Positions 46,990 through 56,146 of a DNA stretch of 64,000 nt are shown piece by piece. How positions within the stretch are numbered: the first letter of the stretch is position 1; each line of letters begins with the position of its first letter. The DNA lies in the IMG/VR virus record IMGVR_UViG_3300027977_000008, positions 1-64,000 of that record. The stretch is one strand, 5' to 3'. Position numbers and translations under genes: made by a program. The stretch is from a virus. The notes beneath the pieces are model-generated. The model worked only from the letters and a program-made list of their open reading frames with translations. It was not told the origin of the DNA and ran no database searches.

Positions 46990-48636
46990 ATGGCGAAACT
47001 TTTTGGTTTTTCAATTGACGATCAGGAAAATAAGTCTAAAGGCATAGTCAGTCCAGTTCCTCCAAACAATGAGGATGGATCTGACTATTATCTTTCTTCA
47101 GGTTTCTATGGACAATATGTAGATATTGAAGGTGTCTTTAGAACAGAATTTGATATTGTTAAAAAATATCGTGATATGTCATTGCATCCAGAATGCGATA
47201 CTGCAATTGAACATGTTGTAAATGAAGCAATTGTTTCAGATTTAAATGATAGTCCTGTTGAAATTGATTTAGATAATCTTCAAATCGGTGCTTCACTCAA
47301 AAAAGTAATTAGACAAGAGTTCAAGTACGTAAAAGATTTACTTGAATTTGATAAAAAATCACACGAAATTTTTCGCAACTGGTATGTTGATGGTAAAATT
47401 CATTATCACAAAGTAATTGATTTAGAAAAACCTGATGAAGGTATCAAAGAAGTAAGATATATTGATGCTTTAAAGATAAAATTTATGCGAGTTCGTCCCA
47501 ATGATAAAAAAGCATTGCCAGCAAGACCTTATAGTGAAGATGTAACAACTACTAAAGATGCTGATATAGTAGAATTTTATACATATTATCCAGAAGGTGT
47601 TGCCCAACAATATGGATCAATTACCGGAAAGGGTATAAAAATTGCAAAAGATGCAATTACACATGTAACTTCAGGACTTGTAGATAGAAATAAACATTTA
47701 ACACTATCATATTTACATAAAGCAATTAAATCTCTCAATCAACTTCGCATGATTGAAGATAGTCTTGTAATTTATAGATTGTCTCGTGCTCCAGAACGTC
47801 GTATTTTTTATATTGATGTTGGCAATTTACCAAAAGTAAAAGCAGAACAATATCTTCGTGATGTTATGAGCCGTTATCGTAACAAACTTGTTTACGATGC
47901 AAACACTGGTGAAATTAAAGATGATAAAAAGCATATGTCCATGCTAGAAGATTTCTGGCTACCTCGTCGTGAAGGTGGACGTGGAACAGAAATTACTACG
48001 CTTCCTGGTGGACAAAATCTTGGTGAACTTACTGACGTTGATTATTTTCAAAAAAAACTTTATAGATCTTTAAATGTTCCTGATAGTAGAATTGGATCTG
48101 ATAGTGGTTTCAATCTAGGACGTTCATCAGAAATTCTTCGTGATGAATTGATGTTTAGTAAGTTTGTAGGTCGTTTAAGAAAACGTTTTAGTGCATTATT
48201 CTTAGATCTTCTTAAAACACAACTTATTCTAAAAAATATTGTAACTCCAGAAGATTGGGAGGTAATGGCAGAACATATTCAATTTGATTATATTTACGAC
48301 AATCATTTTGCCGAATTAAAAAATACAGAATTAATGAATGAACGTCTCAATCTTATGGTTGCTATTGAACCATATATTGGAACTTATTATTCTAGGGATT
48401 ATGTAAAACGTAAGGTTCTTCGTCAAACTGATGAAGAAATTATAGAAATGGAAGGAGAGATGGAAAATGAAAATCAAATAGGTATTGGAATTCCATTAGA
48501 AACTCAAAATACAATTATGCAAGGTCAAATGCAAAATGATCTTGGTATGAAACAAATGGAACCAAATCTAGATAACAAGAAAGACGGTGGATCAACTAAA
48601 GCACCGTCAATAAATATCAAAAAAGCTAAGATATAA
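46990..48636 (+). CDS. gp20: Portal protein
   Basis: YRLSRAPERRIFYIDVGN and EDFWLPRREGGRGTE motifs; ATAAATA at 46961-46967. Confidence 0.97.
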   Translation: MAKLFGFSIDDQENKSKGIVSPVPPNNEDGSDYYLSSGFYGQYVDIEGVFRTEFDIVKKYRDMSLHPECDTAIEHVVNEAIVSDLNDSPVEIDLDNLQIGASLKKVIRQEFKYVKDLLEFDKKSHEIFRNWYVDGKIHYHKVIDLEKPDEGIKEVRYIDALKIKFMRVRPNDKKALPARPYSEDVTTTKDADIVEFYTYYPEGVAQQYGSITGKGIKIAKDAITHVTSGLVDRNKHLTLSYLHKAIKSLNQLRMIEDSLVIYRLSRAPERRIFYIDVGNLPKVKAEQYLRDVMSRYRNKLVYDANTGEIKDDKKHMSMLEDFWLPRREGGRGTEITTLPGGQNLGELTDVDYFQKKLYRSLNVPDSRIGSDSGFNLGRSSEILRDELMFSKFVGRLRKRFSALFLDLLKTQLILKNIVTPEDWEVMAEHIQFDYIYDNHFAELKNTELMNERLNLMVAIEPYIGTYYSRDYVKRKVLRQTDEEIIEMEGEMENENQIGIGIPLETQNTIMQGQMQNDLGMKQMEPNLDNKKDGGSTKAPSINIKKAKI

Positions 48637-48639
48637 ATA
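48632..48639 (+). promoter_or_regulatory. T4-type late promoter
   Basis: TATAAATA overlapping the gp20 stop. Confidence 0.75.
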
Positions 48640-48661
48640 AATATAGGCATTTTTACAAATT

Positions 48662-48853
48662 ATGAATTCTGCAGAATTAGTTGATATTTTAGTTTCTGAT
48701 GCTCCGTCATCAGAAATTTCCGATTACATTAAAAGTCTTTTGTTTGCAAAAACAAGTGAAAAAGTTGATACTTTAAAACCAGCAGTTGCTTCTGGTCTAT
48801 TTGGAGAAGATGATAATATTGAAGATGAAATCGAAAACGAAGAGGAAGCATGA
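48662..48853 (+). CDS. Small acidic prohead-core-like protein
   Basis: Position after gp20; acidic tail. Confidence 0.6.
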   Translation: MNSAELVDILVSDAPSSEISDYIKSLLFAKTSEKVDTLKPAVASGLFGEDDNIEDEIENEEEA

Positions 48854-49416
48854 GCGCATCTCAACCATTAAAGTTATATCAAACTGTTGGAAAGTTATCT
48901 GCCGCTAATGCAAGTTCAGTAACTTCAAATCCATTTATTATTAGAACTGGTACAATTTTATCAGTAGCTTCGACAACAAGAGGTGGTGGTAGTATTGGAA
49001 TTTGCAATACAACAACAGATGCTGGAATTGGATCTATTTTTGTAAACAGAGAAGATTCAATTCTTTATCGTTATGGACATCCAGCACAATCGACAGTTAT
49101 TGGCATAACTACTGGAGCATCAACAGTTCTAACATTAGATCATCCAGATACTAAATTGAGAGTTGGTGATTATATTCAACTAGTAGGCGCTGGATCTACA
49201 TATATAACATCACTTTTACATAAACAAATCACTGCAATTTCAAGTCCGCAACAGTGGAATAACTACACAATGGCGGTTACAGTGAATGCAAATACAAGTT
49301 CTGGTCATCATGCGTTTGTTGGTTTTGCAACTGCAGCAAAATCAGTAGTTTTTGTTCTTGCACCAGAAAATGTTTCTGGATGTGATATGTTCATCCACGA
49401 GGTTCAAATAGCATGA
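48850..49416 (+). CDS. Hypothetical (probably virion) protein
   Basis: Lies between portal and protease; C-terminal EVQI; carries G-I-x-S/T motifs. Confidence 0.65.
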   Translation: MSASQPLKLYQTVGKLSAANASSVTSNPFIIRTGTILSVASTTRGGGSIGICNTTTDAGIGSIFVNREDSILYRYGHPAQSTVIGITTGASTVLTLDHPDTKLRVGDYIQLVGAGSTYITSLLHKQITAISSPQQWNNYTMAVTVNANTSSGHHAFVGFATAAKSVVFVLAPENVSGCDMFIHEVQIA

Positions 49417-50060
49417 AATTAATCTCCGAAGAAATCGAAGCAGTAGAAGTTATTACCGAAGAAAAAAATGGTAAGAAAATTCTTTACATTCAAGGTCCAT
49501 TCCTTCAAGCTGAAGTAGTTAATCGCAACAAACGTTGCTATCCACTTCAGATAATGATGAATGAAGTAAAGAGATATACTGAATCCTTTATTAATAAAGG
49601 TCGTGCTCTTGGAGAACTTGGACATCCTGATGGTCCACAAATTAATCTTGATCGTGTATCACATAAAATTGTTGCACTAACACAAGAAGGAAATAATTTT
49701 GTTGGTAAAGCACAAATCCTGAGTACACCAATGGGGAAGATTGCATCTTCACTTATTGGTGAGGGTGTAAAACTAGGAGTTTCTTCTAGAGGAATGGGAT
49801 CCATTTATATGAAAAATGGTATCAATTACGTTGGTGAAGACTTTATGTTAGCGACTGCTGCTGACATTGTTTCAGATCCTTCTGCACCTGATGCATTTGT
49901 TAATGGTATTATGGAAGGTAAAGAATGGGTATGGGACGGTGGAGTATTACGTGAACTTCATTGTGAGCAAATAAAGAAGACAATAAATACTTTAGTAGAT
50001 CAGGACATTTTAGAGGCAAATAAACTACGTCTCTTTGCAAACTTCCTATCAAATCTATAA
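49413..50060 (+). CDS. gp21: Prohead protease
   Basis: GELGHP, LGVSSRGMGS and DIVSDPSAPDA motifs. Confidence 0.96.
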   Translation: MKLISEEIEAVEVITEEKNGKKILYIQGPFLQAEVVNRNKRCYPLQIMMNEVKRYTESFINKGRALGELGHPDGPQINLDRVSHKIVALTQEGNNFVGKAQILSTPMGKIASSLIGEGVKLGVSSRGMGSIYMKNGINYVGEDFMLATAADIVSDPSAPDAFVNGIMEGKEWVWDGGVLRELHCEQIKKTINTLVDQDILEANKLRLFANFLSNL

Positions 50061-50062
50061 TT

Positions 50063-50070
50063 TATAAATA
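50063..50070 (+). promoter_or_regulatory. T4-type late promoter
   Basis: TATAAATA upstream of gp22. Confidence 0.8.
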
Positions 50071-50105
50071 ATAACAGAAATTCTAGGTATTCTTGGAAAG
50101 AAAAA

Positions 50106-51203
50106 ATGACCGTTAATAACGAACTACATGAGATGGAAAACCAGGTAACCCGTGGTGCTAAGGCTGCTGATTCGATGCCAAAAGCGTCTAACTATGTACC
50201 TGATACTAGTTCTATCGAGAATCTTGGTGGTCCAACTCCGCAAAATTCAAGACCAACTGACGATAGCAATAAGATGAAAACACCTTCTGCATCTTTTGCT
50301 CAATCTGGTGATGTTCAATTCAAAGGTGCTTCTGGAAAAATACAACTACCTGGTCCTGCTGCTTTAAAAGCAACTGGATATGGTCGTGGTGCTAATGAGG
50401 AAGTTGAGCAAGAAGACGAAAGTGTAATTGCTGAAACCGAAGAATTAGAAGATCAAGTTGAAGAAGAAATTGAAGAGGAAGAAGAAGAAGAAGAACTAGA
50501 TCTTGAAGAGGATGTAAAAGCACTTCTAAAAGGCGAAGATCTTTCCGAAGAATTTCAAAATAAAGCAAAGACAGTTTTTGAAGCAGCTGTTCGTTCAAAA
50601 ATCGGTTCTCTGAAAGAAACTTTAGAAAACCGTTATGCTACAGTTCTTGTTGAGCAAGTAGAAGCAATCAAGAGCGAACTAACCGAGCGTGTTGATTCAT
50701 ATCTAGAGTATGTTGCTAATGAGTGGATCAACGAAAACGAATTACAAGTTGAGACAGGACTAAGAGGTGAACTCTCGGAGTCCTTTATGACTGGTCTTAA
50801 GAACCTTTTTGAAGAACATTATGTAGAAATCCCTGAAGATAAATATAATGTTCTTGAGGCTATGGTCGAGAAACTTGATGAAATGGAGACAAAACTCAAC
50901 GAACAGATCGACACCAATATTGCTCTAACCAAGCGTTTATCGGAATCTGTTTCTGACAACATCCTAGATGAAGTAAGTGGAGGTCTTGCTCTTTCCCAAA
51001 AGGAAAAACTAGCAAGTCTTGCTGAAGGTGTTGAGTTTGATAGTGAAGAACAATATCGTGAAAAACTTGCTACGCTACGTGAAGCATATTTTGCTTCTAA
51101 GCCTGTATTAAATTCACAAGAAGTCATTTCAGAGGATGCACTTGCTGATGATGTATCACCAGTAATGTCTGCATATCTCAATGCATTGACTAAGTTCAAC
51201 TAA
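50106..51203 (+). CDS. gp22: Prohead core scaffold protein
   Basis: LSEEF..KAKTVFEAAV and VDSYLEYV motifs; acidic coiled coil. Confidence 0.93.
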   Translation: MTVNNELHEMENQVTRGAKAADSMPKASNYVPDTSSIENLGGPTPQNSRPTDDSNKMKTPSASFAQSGDVQFKGASGKIQLPGPAALKATGYGRGANEEVEQEDESVIAETEELEDQVEEEIEEEEEEEELDLEEDVKALLKGEDLSEEFQNKAKTVFEAAVRSKIGSLKETLENRYATVLVEQVEAIKSELTERVDSYLEYVANEWINENELQVETGLRGELSESFMTGLKNLFEEHYVEIPEDKYNVLEAMVEKLDEMETKLNEQIDTNIALTKRLSESVSDNILDEVSGGLALSQKEKLASLAEGVEFDSEEQYREKLATLREAYFASKPVLNSQEVISEDALADDVSPVMSAYLNALTKFN

Positions 51204-51259
51204 TTGATTTTTTTGTAAACACTAAACACTAAACACTTTCCAAAACGGAGTAAACTATC

Positions 51260-52663
51260 ATGTTCAATTCTGCTGCACTGCAGAAGAAGTGGGCTCCTCT
51301 TCTAGAGGCACAAGGTCTTGATTCAATCAAAGACAACCACAGAAGAGCAGTTACTGCCCAACTTCTTGAAAACCAAGAAAGATTTCTAAGAGAAGAGCGT
51401 GCTTTTCTAACTGAAGGACCTCCAACAATTAACACCGACCCTTCTGCAACAGGTAATGCAGGTTTCAGTGGTTCTGGTGCATCACCTGTTGCTGGTTTCG
51501 ATCCAGTTCTAATCTCATTGATTAGACGTGCAATGCCTAACTTGGTCGCCTATGACCTAGCAGGTGTTCAACCAATGAACGGTCCAACAGGTCTTATCTT
51601 TGCGATGAGAACCCGTTACGACAACCAGAACGGTACTGAAGCATTCTTCAACGAACCAGATTCTGCATTCTCTGCACAAAACTCTGCAGCAACTCTTACC
51701 CAAGGCGACTACACTGGTGGTTCCGATGATGGCACCAACGTTGGTTTTGGTACAACTGCACAGTCAGGCACCAATCCATCGATCCTAAATGGTGGCGTAA
51801 ATAATACCTACAACCTAGGTCAAGGTTTTAACACCCAATCACTAGAAACACTTGGTGATAATAGTGCTACTAACGACTTCCGCGAAATGGCTTTCTCTAT
51901 TGAGAAAGTTAGTGTTGCCGCAAAGTCAAGAGCACTTAAAGCTGAGTACTCGCTAGAACTAGCACAAGACCTTAAGGCAATCCACGGTCTTGATGCTGAA
52001 GCTGAACTAGCAAATATCCTCAGCACTGAAATTCTTGCTGAGATCAACCGTGAGATCATCCGTACAATCTACAAGGTTGCTAGAACAGGTGCTCAAACCA
52101 ACGTTGCAACCGCTGGTATATTTGACCTAGACGTTGATTCCAACGGTCGTTGGATGGTTGAGAAGTTCAAGGGACTAATGTTCCAACTTGAGCGTGATGC
52201 AAACGCTATTGCACAAGAAACTCGTAGAGGAAAGGGCAATATTATCCTTTGTTCTGCTGACGTTGCTTCTGCACTTGCTGCTGCTGGTCAACTGGATTAC
52301 ACTCCAGCACTTTCAGCAAACCTACAGGTTGACGACACTGGTAATACCTTCGCTGGTGTTCTAAACGGTCGCTTCAAGGTCTATATCGATCCATTCGCTG
52401 CAAACCTAACCGCAGATCAGTACTACGTCATGGGTTATAAGGGTTCAACTCCTTATGATGCAGGTCTATTCTATTGCCCATACGTTCCTCTTCAGATGGT
52501 TCGTGCAGTTGGTCAGGATAACTTCCAGCCTAAGATTGGATTTAAGACCCGCTACGGCATGGTCGCAAACCCATTCGCTGAAGGAACTGGTGCTGGCGCA
52601 GGTCGCATTGCTGAGAACACCAACCGTTACTACAGAAGAGTAAAGGTACAAAACCTAATGTGA
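51260..52663 (+). CDS. gp23: Major capsid protein
   Basis: LIRRAMPNL, GVQPMNGPTGLIFAMR, KSRALKAEY and FYCPYVPLQ motifs. Confidence 0.98.
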   Translation: MFNSAALQKKWAPLLEAQGLDSIKDNHRRAVTAQLLENQERFLREERAFLTEGPPTINTDPSATGNAGFSGSGASPVAGFDPVLISLIRRAMPNLVAYDLAGVQPMNGPTGLIFAMRTRYDNQNGTEAFFNEPDSAFSAQNSAATLTQGDYTGGSDDGTNVGFGTTAQSGTNPSILNGGVNNTYNLGQGFNTQSLETLGDNSATNDFREMAFSIEKVSVAAKSRALKAEYSLELAQDLKAIHGLDAEAELANILSTEILAEINREIIRTIYKVARTGAQTNVATAGIFDLDVDSNGRWMVEKFKGLMFQLERDANAIAQETRRGKGNIILCSADVASALAAAGQLDYTPALSANLQVDDTGNTFAGVLNGRFKVYIDPFAANLTADQYYVMGYKGSTPYDAGLFYCPYVPLQMVRAVGQDNFQPKIGFKTRYGMVANPFAEGTGAGAGRIAENTNRYYRRVKVQNLM

Positions 52664-52681
52664 TCTTGGATCACATTCATT

Positions 52682-52712
52682 AGGATCTTCTTTTGTAAGG
52701 AGATCCTTTTTT
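52682..52712 (+). terminator. Rho-independent terminator after gp23
   Basis: AGGATCTTCTT-TTGT-AAGGAGATCCT plus a T tract; a smaller hairpin TGTGATC/GATCACA lies over the stop codon. Confidence 0.85.
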
Positions 52713-52718
52713 ATTGCC

Positions 52719-52726
52719 TATAAATA
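52719..52726 (+). promoter_or_regulatory. T4-type late promoter
   Basis: TATAAATA upstream of gp3. Confidence 0.8.
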
Positions 52727-52747
52727 ATCCTAGCTTGGGAAGTTGAC

Positions 52748-53314
52748 TTGTCAAATAATCCGTGTACCCTACATCAAGTTTCAAATAAAAACTTTCTGTC
52801 ATTGGGTGGATTCAAACTTATTATCAATAGGTGTCCAAAGGTAGATTTTCTTTGCAACAAAGCAAATTTACCAGGTCTGACATTGGGTAGTTCAACGCAA
52901 TCAACATATCTAAAAGACATTCCTGTTCCAGGAGACAAACTTAGATATGAAGATCTGTCAGTCAATTTTATTGTAGATGAGGAATTGGAAAATTACCATC
53001 AAATCTACCAGTGGATGACATCATTAGGATATCCACAATCAATTGCACAATACTCTGAATTACAAACAAAAAACAGATTTTATCCAAATACAGATGCAAA
53101 TGATCCGTACAGCGAAAGGTCTGATGCTACATTATTAATTTTGAATAGCAATTATCAAACTGCTGGAAAGGTAGTCTTTAAAGATATATTTCCAATATTT
53201 CTTTCAGGAATTCCTTTCGATGCAACGTTGCAAGAACAGCAATACTACACTGCAACTTGCACATTCCGTTATACTATTTTTGATTTGATTGACATTGATG
53301 GAAAAAAAGTTTAG
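52748..53314 (+). CDS. gp3: Tail completion protein gp3
   Basis: NFLS, ANLPG, PGDKL, FIVDEELENY and SDATL motifs; TTG start. Confidence 0.88.
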   Translation: MSNNPCTLHQVSNKNFLSLGGFKLIINRCPKVDFLCNKANLPGLTLGSSTQSTYLKDIPVPGDKLRYEDLSVNFIVDEELENYHQIYQWMTSLGYPQSIAQYSELQTKNRFYPNTDANDPYSERSDATLLILNSNYQTAGKVVFKDIFPIFLSGIPFDATLQEQQYYTATCTFRYTIFDLIDIDGKKV

Positions 53315-53747
53315 TGTTTCTCTGGAAGTAATCCAGGAAATGTGGCAAAAAGATAGTGTGGTAAATCAAGACGAACTTGATACTGAAAGTCTAAAGATAC
53401 CTCAATTACACGCTAAATATTACCAACTATATAATACTATACTGTTGCTTCGCAAACAAGCAGAGCATCAACATAGCAGTATTCTTTTAGAACGTAGAAA
53501 ATTTTACATGGGGAAAGCGGAAACGCAAGTTTATATTGACGAACCATTTCCATATAAAGTCAGAGACAAAGAAGATTTAAAACTTTATCTTGAAGCAGAC
53601 GAAAAAATTAGCAAGATAAGATTAAAAATCGATTATTACGACACAATGCTGAAGTATCTTGAAGAAATCTTAAAACAAATTTCTAACAGAACTTACCAAA
53701 TCAAAAATGCAATTGATTTCAGAAGATTCACTGCCGGGTATGGTTGA
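53298..53747 (+). CDS. uvsY: Recombination mediator UvsY
   Basis: ESLKIPQLHAKY and RTYQIKNAID motifs; precedes uvsW. Confidence 0.88.
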   Translation: MEKKFSVSLEVIQEMWQKDSVVNQDELDTESLKIPQLHAKYYQLYNTILLLRKQAEHQHSSILLERRKFYMGKAETQVYIDEPFPYKVRDKEDLKLYLEADEKISKIRLKIDYYDTMLKYLEEILKQISNRTYQIKNAIDFRRFTAGYG

Positions 53748-55188
53748 TTTAATTATAAGTAAGAAGAATGAAGTTTGGTTGAATATTGAATGTGATCCTC
53801 ATATCAAGTATGAGTTGCAGGATCATTTTACATTCGATGTTCCTAATGCAAAATTTATGCCTCAGTATCGCAACAAATACTGGGATGGAAAAATTAGATT
53901 GTTTAATATTGAAAAGTCTGAAATTTATGCAGGACTGATTGATAAATTACAAGTTTTTTGTGAAAGATATAATTATACCTTTGAATTTGAAAATAATAAA
54001 TTTTATGGACTACCATACGAGGAAAATGATATGGTGTCTGAAGAGGGCGTTAAAGATTATGTTACAAGCGTCTCTAAGCACCCTCCACGGGATTATCAAC
54101 TAGAGGGCATTTATGATGCCTTAAGACGTAACAGACGCCTTCTAATCAGTCCTACGGGGTCTGGTAAATCTTTAATGATCTATGCTGTCTGTAGATATCA
54201 TGCAGAAGCAGGACGAAGAATTTTAATCATTGTTCCTACTACATCACTTGTAGAACAGATGTACAAGGACTTTGAGGACTATGGATGGGATGCAGAAGAA
54301 AACTGCCACAAAATCTATTCGGGTAAAGAAAAAATAACAGATAAAAATGTTGTTATTACAACTTGGCAATCAATTTATAAATTAGATCGTAAATGGTTTA
54401 CACCTTACCAAGTGGTTATTGGTGATGAAGCACATCAATTTAAGTCTAAGTCATTGGTTAGTATTATGACAAAACTTGATGCTGCAAAATATCGTTATGG
54501 ATTTACAGGAACACTAGACGGTACACAAACTCATAAGTGGGTACTTGAAGGATTGTTTGGTCCATCTTACAAAATTATTAATACAAAAGAATTACAAGAT
54601 GCTGGATACTTAGCTAAACTAGGTATTAAAGTTATTCTCCTAAAACACGATTCACAAAAGTTTGAAACTTATGAAGACGAAATTCAGTATTTGATTGGGC
54701 ATGAAAAAAGAAACAAATTTATAAAAAATCTTGCTCATGATTTAAAAGGAAATACTTTAGTACTTTTTAGTCGGGTTTCTACACATGGGCAAGTTCTTTA
54801 TGACCTCATAAATACTAGTGATAGAAGAGTATTCTTTGTTCACGGTGGCGTGGACGTTGAAGAACGAGAAGAAGTTAGAAAAATTACTGAAAAAGAAAAT
54901 AACGCAATCATCATTGCTTCTTTTGGAACATTCTCAACTGGCATCAACATCAAGAACTTACATAATGTTATTTTTTCATCTCCAAGTAAGTCCAGAATTA
55001 GAACACTACAATCAATTGGTAGAGTACTAAGAAAAAGTGAAAACAAACTCAAAGCAACATTATATGATATAGCAGATGATTGTAAAAAAGGATTAAAATC
55101 AAACTATACACTCAACCATCTCATCGAACGTATAAGATACTATAACGAGGAGAAATTTAATTATGAAATTATTCAAATCAAAATCTGA
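53740..55188 (+). CDS. uvsW: SF2 helicase UvsW
   Basis: WDGKIRLF, SPTGSGKS, DEAH and QSIGRVLR motifs. Confidence 0.96.
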   Translation: MVDLIISKKNEVWLNIECDPHIKYELQDHFTFDVPNAKFMPQYRNKYWDGKIRLFNIEKSEIYAGLIDKLQVFCERYNYTFEFENNKFYGLPYEENDMVSEEGVKDYVTSVSKHPPRDYQLEGIYDALRRNRRLLISPTGSGKSLMIYAVCRYHAEAGRRILIIVPTTSLVEQMYKDFEDYGWDAEENCHKIYSGKEKITDKNVVITTWQSIYKLDRKWFTPYQVVIGDEAHQFKSKSLVSIMTKLDAAKYRYGFTGTLDGTQTHKWVLEGLFGPSYKIINTKELQDAGYLAKLGIKVILLKHDSQKFETYEDEIQYLIGHEKRNKFIKNLAHDLKGNTLVLFSRVSTHGQVLYDLINTSDRRVFFVHGGVDVEEREEVRKITEKENNAIIIASFGTFSTGINIKNLHNVIFSSPSKSRIRTLQSIGRVLRKSENKLKATLYDIADDCKKGLKSNYTLNHLIERIRYYNEEKFNYEIIQIKI

Positions 55189-55585
55189 TGATTTATACGA
55201 TGAGTTTTACGCTTCAGTAAAACTTATTAGTGGTGAAGAAGTTCTTTGTATGTTAGTTATTGATAGAACAAATTCCGAACATGTAATATTAGATAATCCT
55301 ATTATATGTTTAGATATTCGTTCCAGAGGAACGAATATAATTTCTGGGTATAAATTTGAACCATGGATAAAGTTTTCTGATGATCAAACTTTTATTCTAG
55401 AAACTTCAAAAATTATAACAGTTAGTAAAATCAAAGATGAAGATATTATTAAAATGTACAAACATGTTCTAAATGTAGGTTTTAAACAGTCTCATCCAGA
55501 CATCAGTAAGGAAATGGGATATGTTTCTTCCGTAGATAATGCTAGAGTTCTTTTAGAGAAACTTTATAACATTAAAAGTATCTAA
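55163..55585 (+). CDS. Conserved hypothetical protein (Sm-like VKLxSGEE motif)
   Basis: VKLISGEEVL motif; lies between uvsW and gp55. Confidence 0.65.
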   Translation: MKLFKSKSDDLYDEFYASVKLISGEEVLCMLVIDRTNSEHVILDNPIICLDIRSRGTNIISGYKFEPWIKFSDDQTFILETSKIITVSKIKDEDIIKMYKHVLNVGFKQSHPDISKEMGYVSSVDNARVLLEKLYNIKSI

Positions 55586-55614
55586 GATATATTGATTTCA
55601 ACCCTAACAGAGTT

Positions 55615-55643
55615 ATTATACAGGCATTTGAATATCTTGTCAA
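55615..55643 (-). promoter_or_regulatory. Perfect-consensus sigma70 promoter, antisense to the uvsW region
   Basis: Minus strand reads TTGACA (55643-55638)-17 nt-TATAAT (55620-55615). Confidence 0.7.
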
Positions 55644-55656
55644 GATATGCTATAAT
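55628..55656 (+). promoter_or_regulatory. Sigma70-type promoter for gp55
   Basis: TTGAAT-17 nt-TATAAT with TG extension. Confidence 0.7.
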
Positions 55657-55672
55657 GAATTGTTGATTTGTA

Positions 55673-56146
55673 ATGATAATGACACAAAAAAAATCAGAAC
55701 ACTATGTAAATAACAAGGAATTTTTAATTGCAATTGTTGCTTACAAACAAGATATTAAAGATGCTGAATATCTAGGAAAACCAAAACCAAGAATTACCAA
55801 TTATCTTGGAGAATGTTTCCTAAAGATTGCAACACACTTATCATATAAACCAAACTTTGTGAACTATATTTTCAAAGACGATATGATTTGTGATGGTATT
55901 GAAAATTGTGTTCAGTACATCAATAACTTCAATCCAGAAAAGTCCAGCAATCCTTTTGCATACTTTACTCAGATTATTTACTTTGCTTTCCTCCGTCGTA
56001 TCCAAAAAGAAAAAAAACAATTAGAGATCAAACAAAAAATTATTGAACAATGTGGATTTGACGAAGTTTTTGTTGCAGATCAAAATGGTAAGTCATCTGA
56101 GTATAATTCTATCAAAGATGCAGTACAGTATCGCTTCAACCTATGA
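55673..56146 (+). CDS. gp55: Late-transcription sigma factor
   Basis: HYVNNKEF, DMICDGIENC and NPFAYFTQI motifs. Confidence 0.96.
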   Translation: MIMTQKKSEHYVNNKEFLIAIVAYKQDIKDAEYLGKPKPRITNYLGECFLKIATHLSYKPNFVNYIFKDDMICDGIENCVQYINNFNPEKSSNPFAYFTQIIYFAFLRRIQKEKKQLEIKQKIIEQCGFDEVFVADQNGKSSEYNSIKDAVQYRFNL

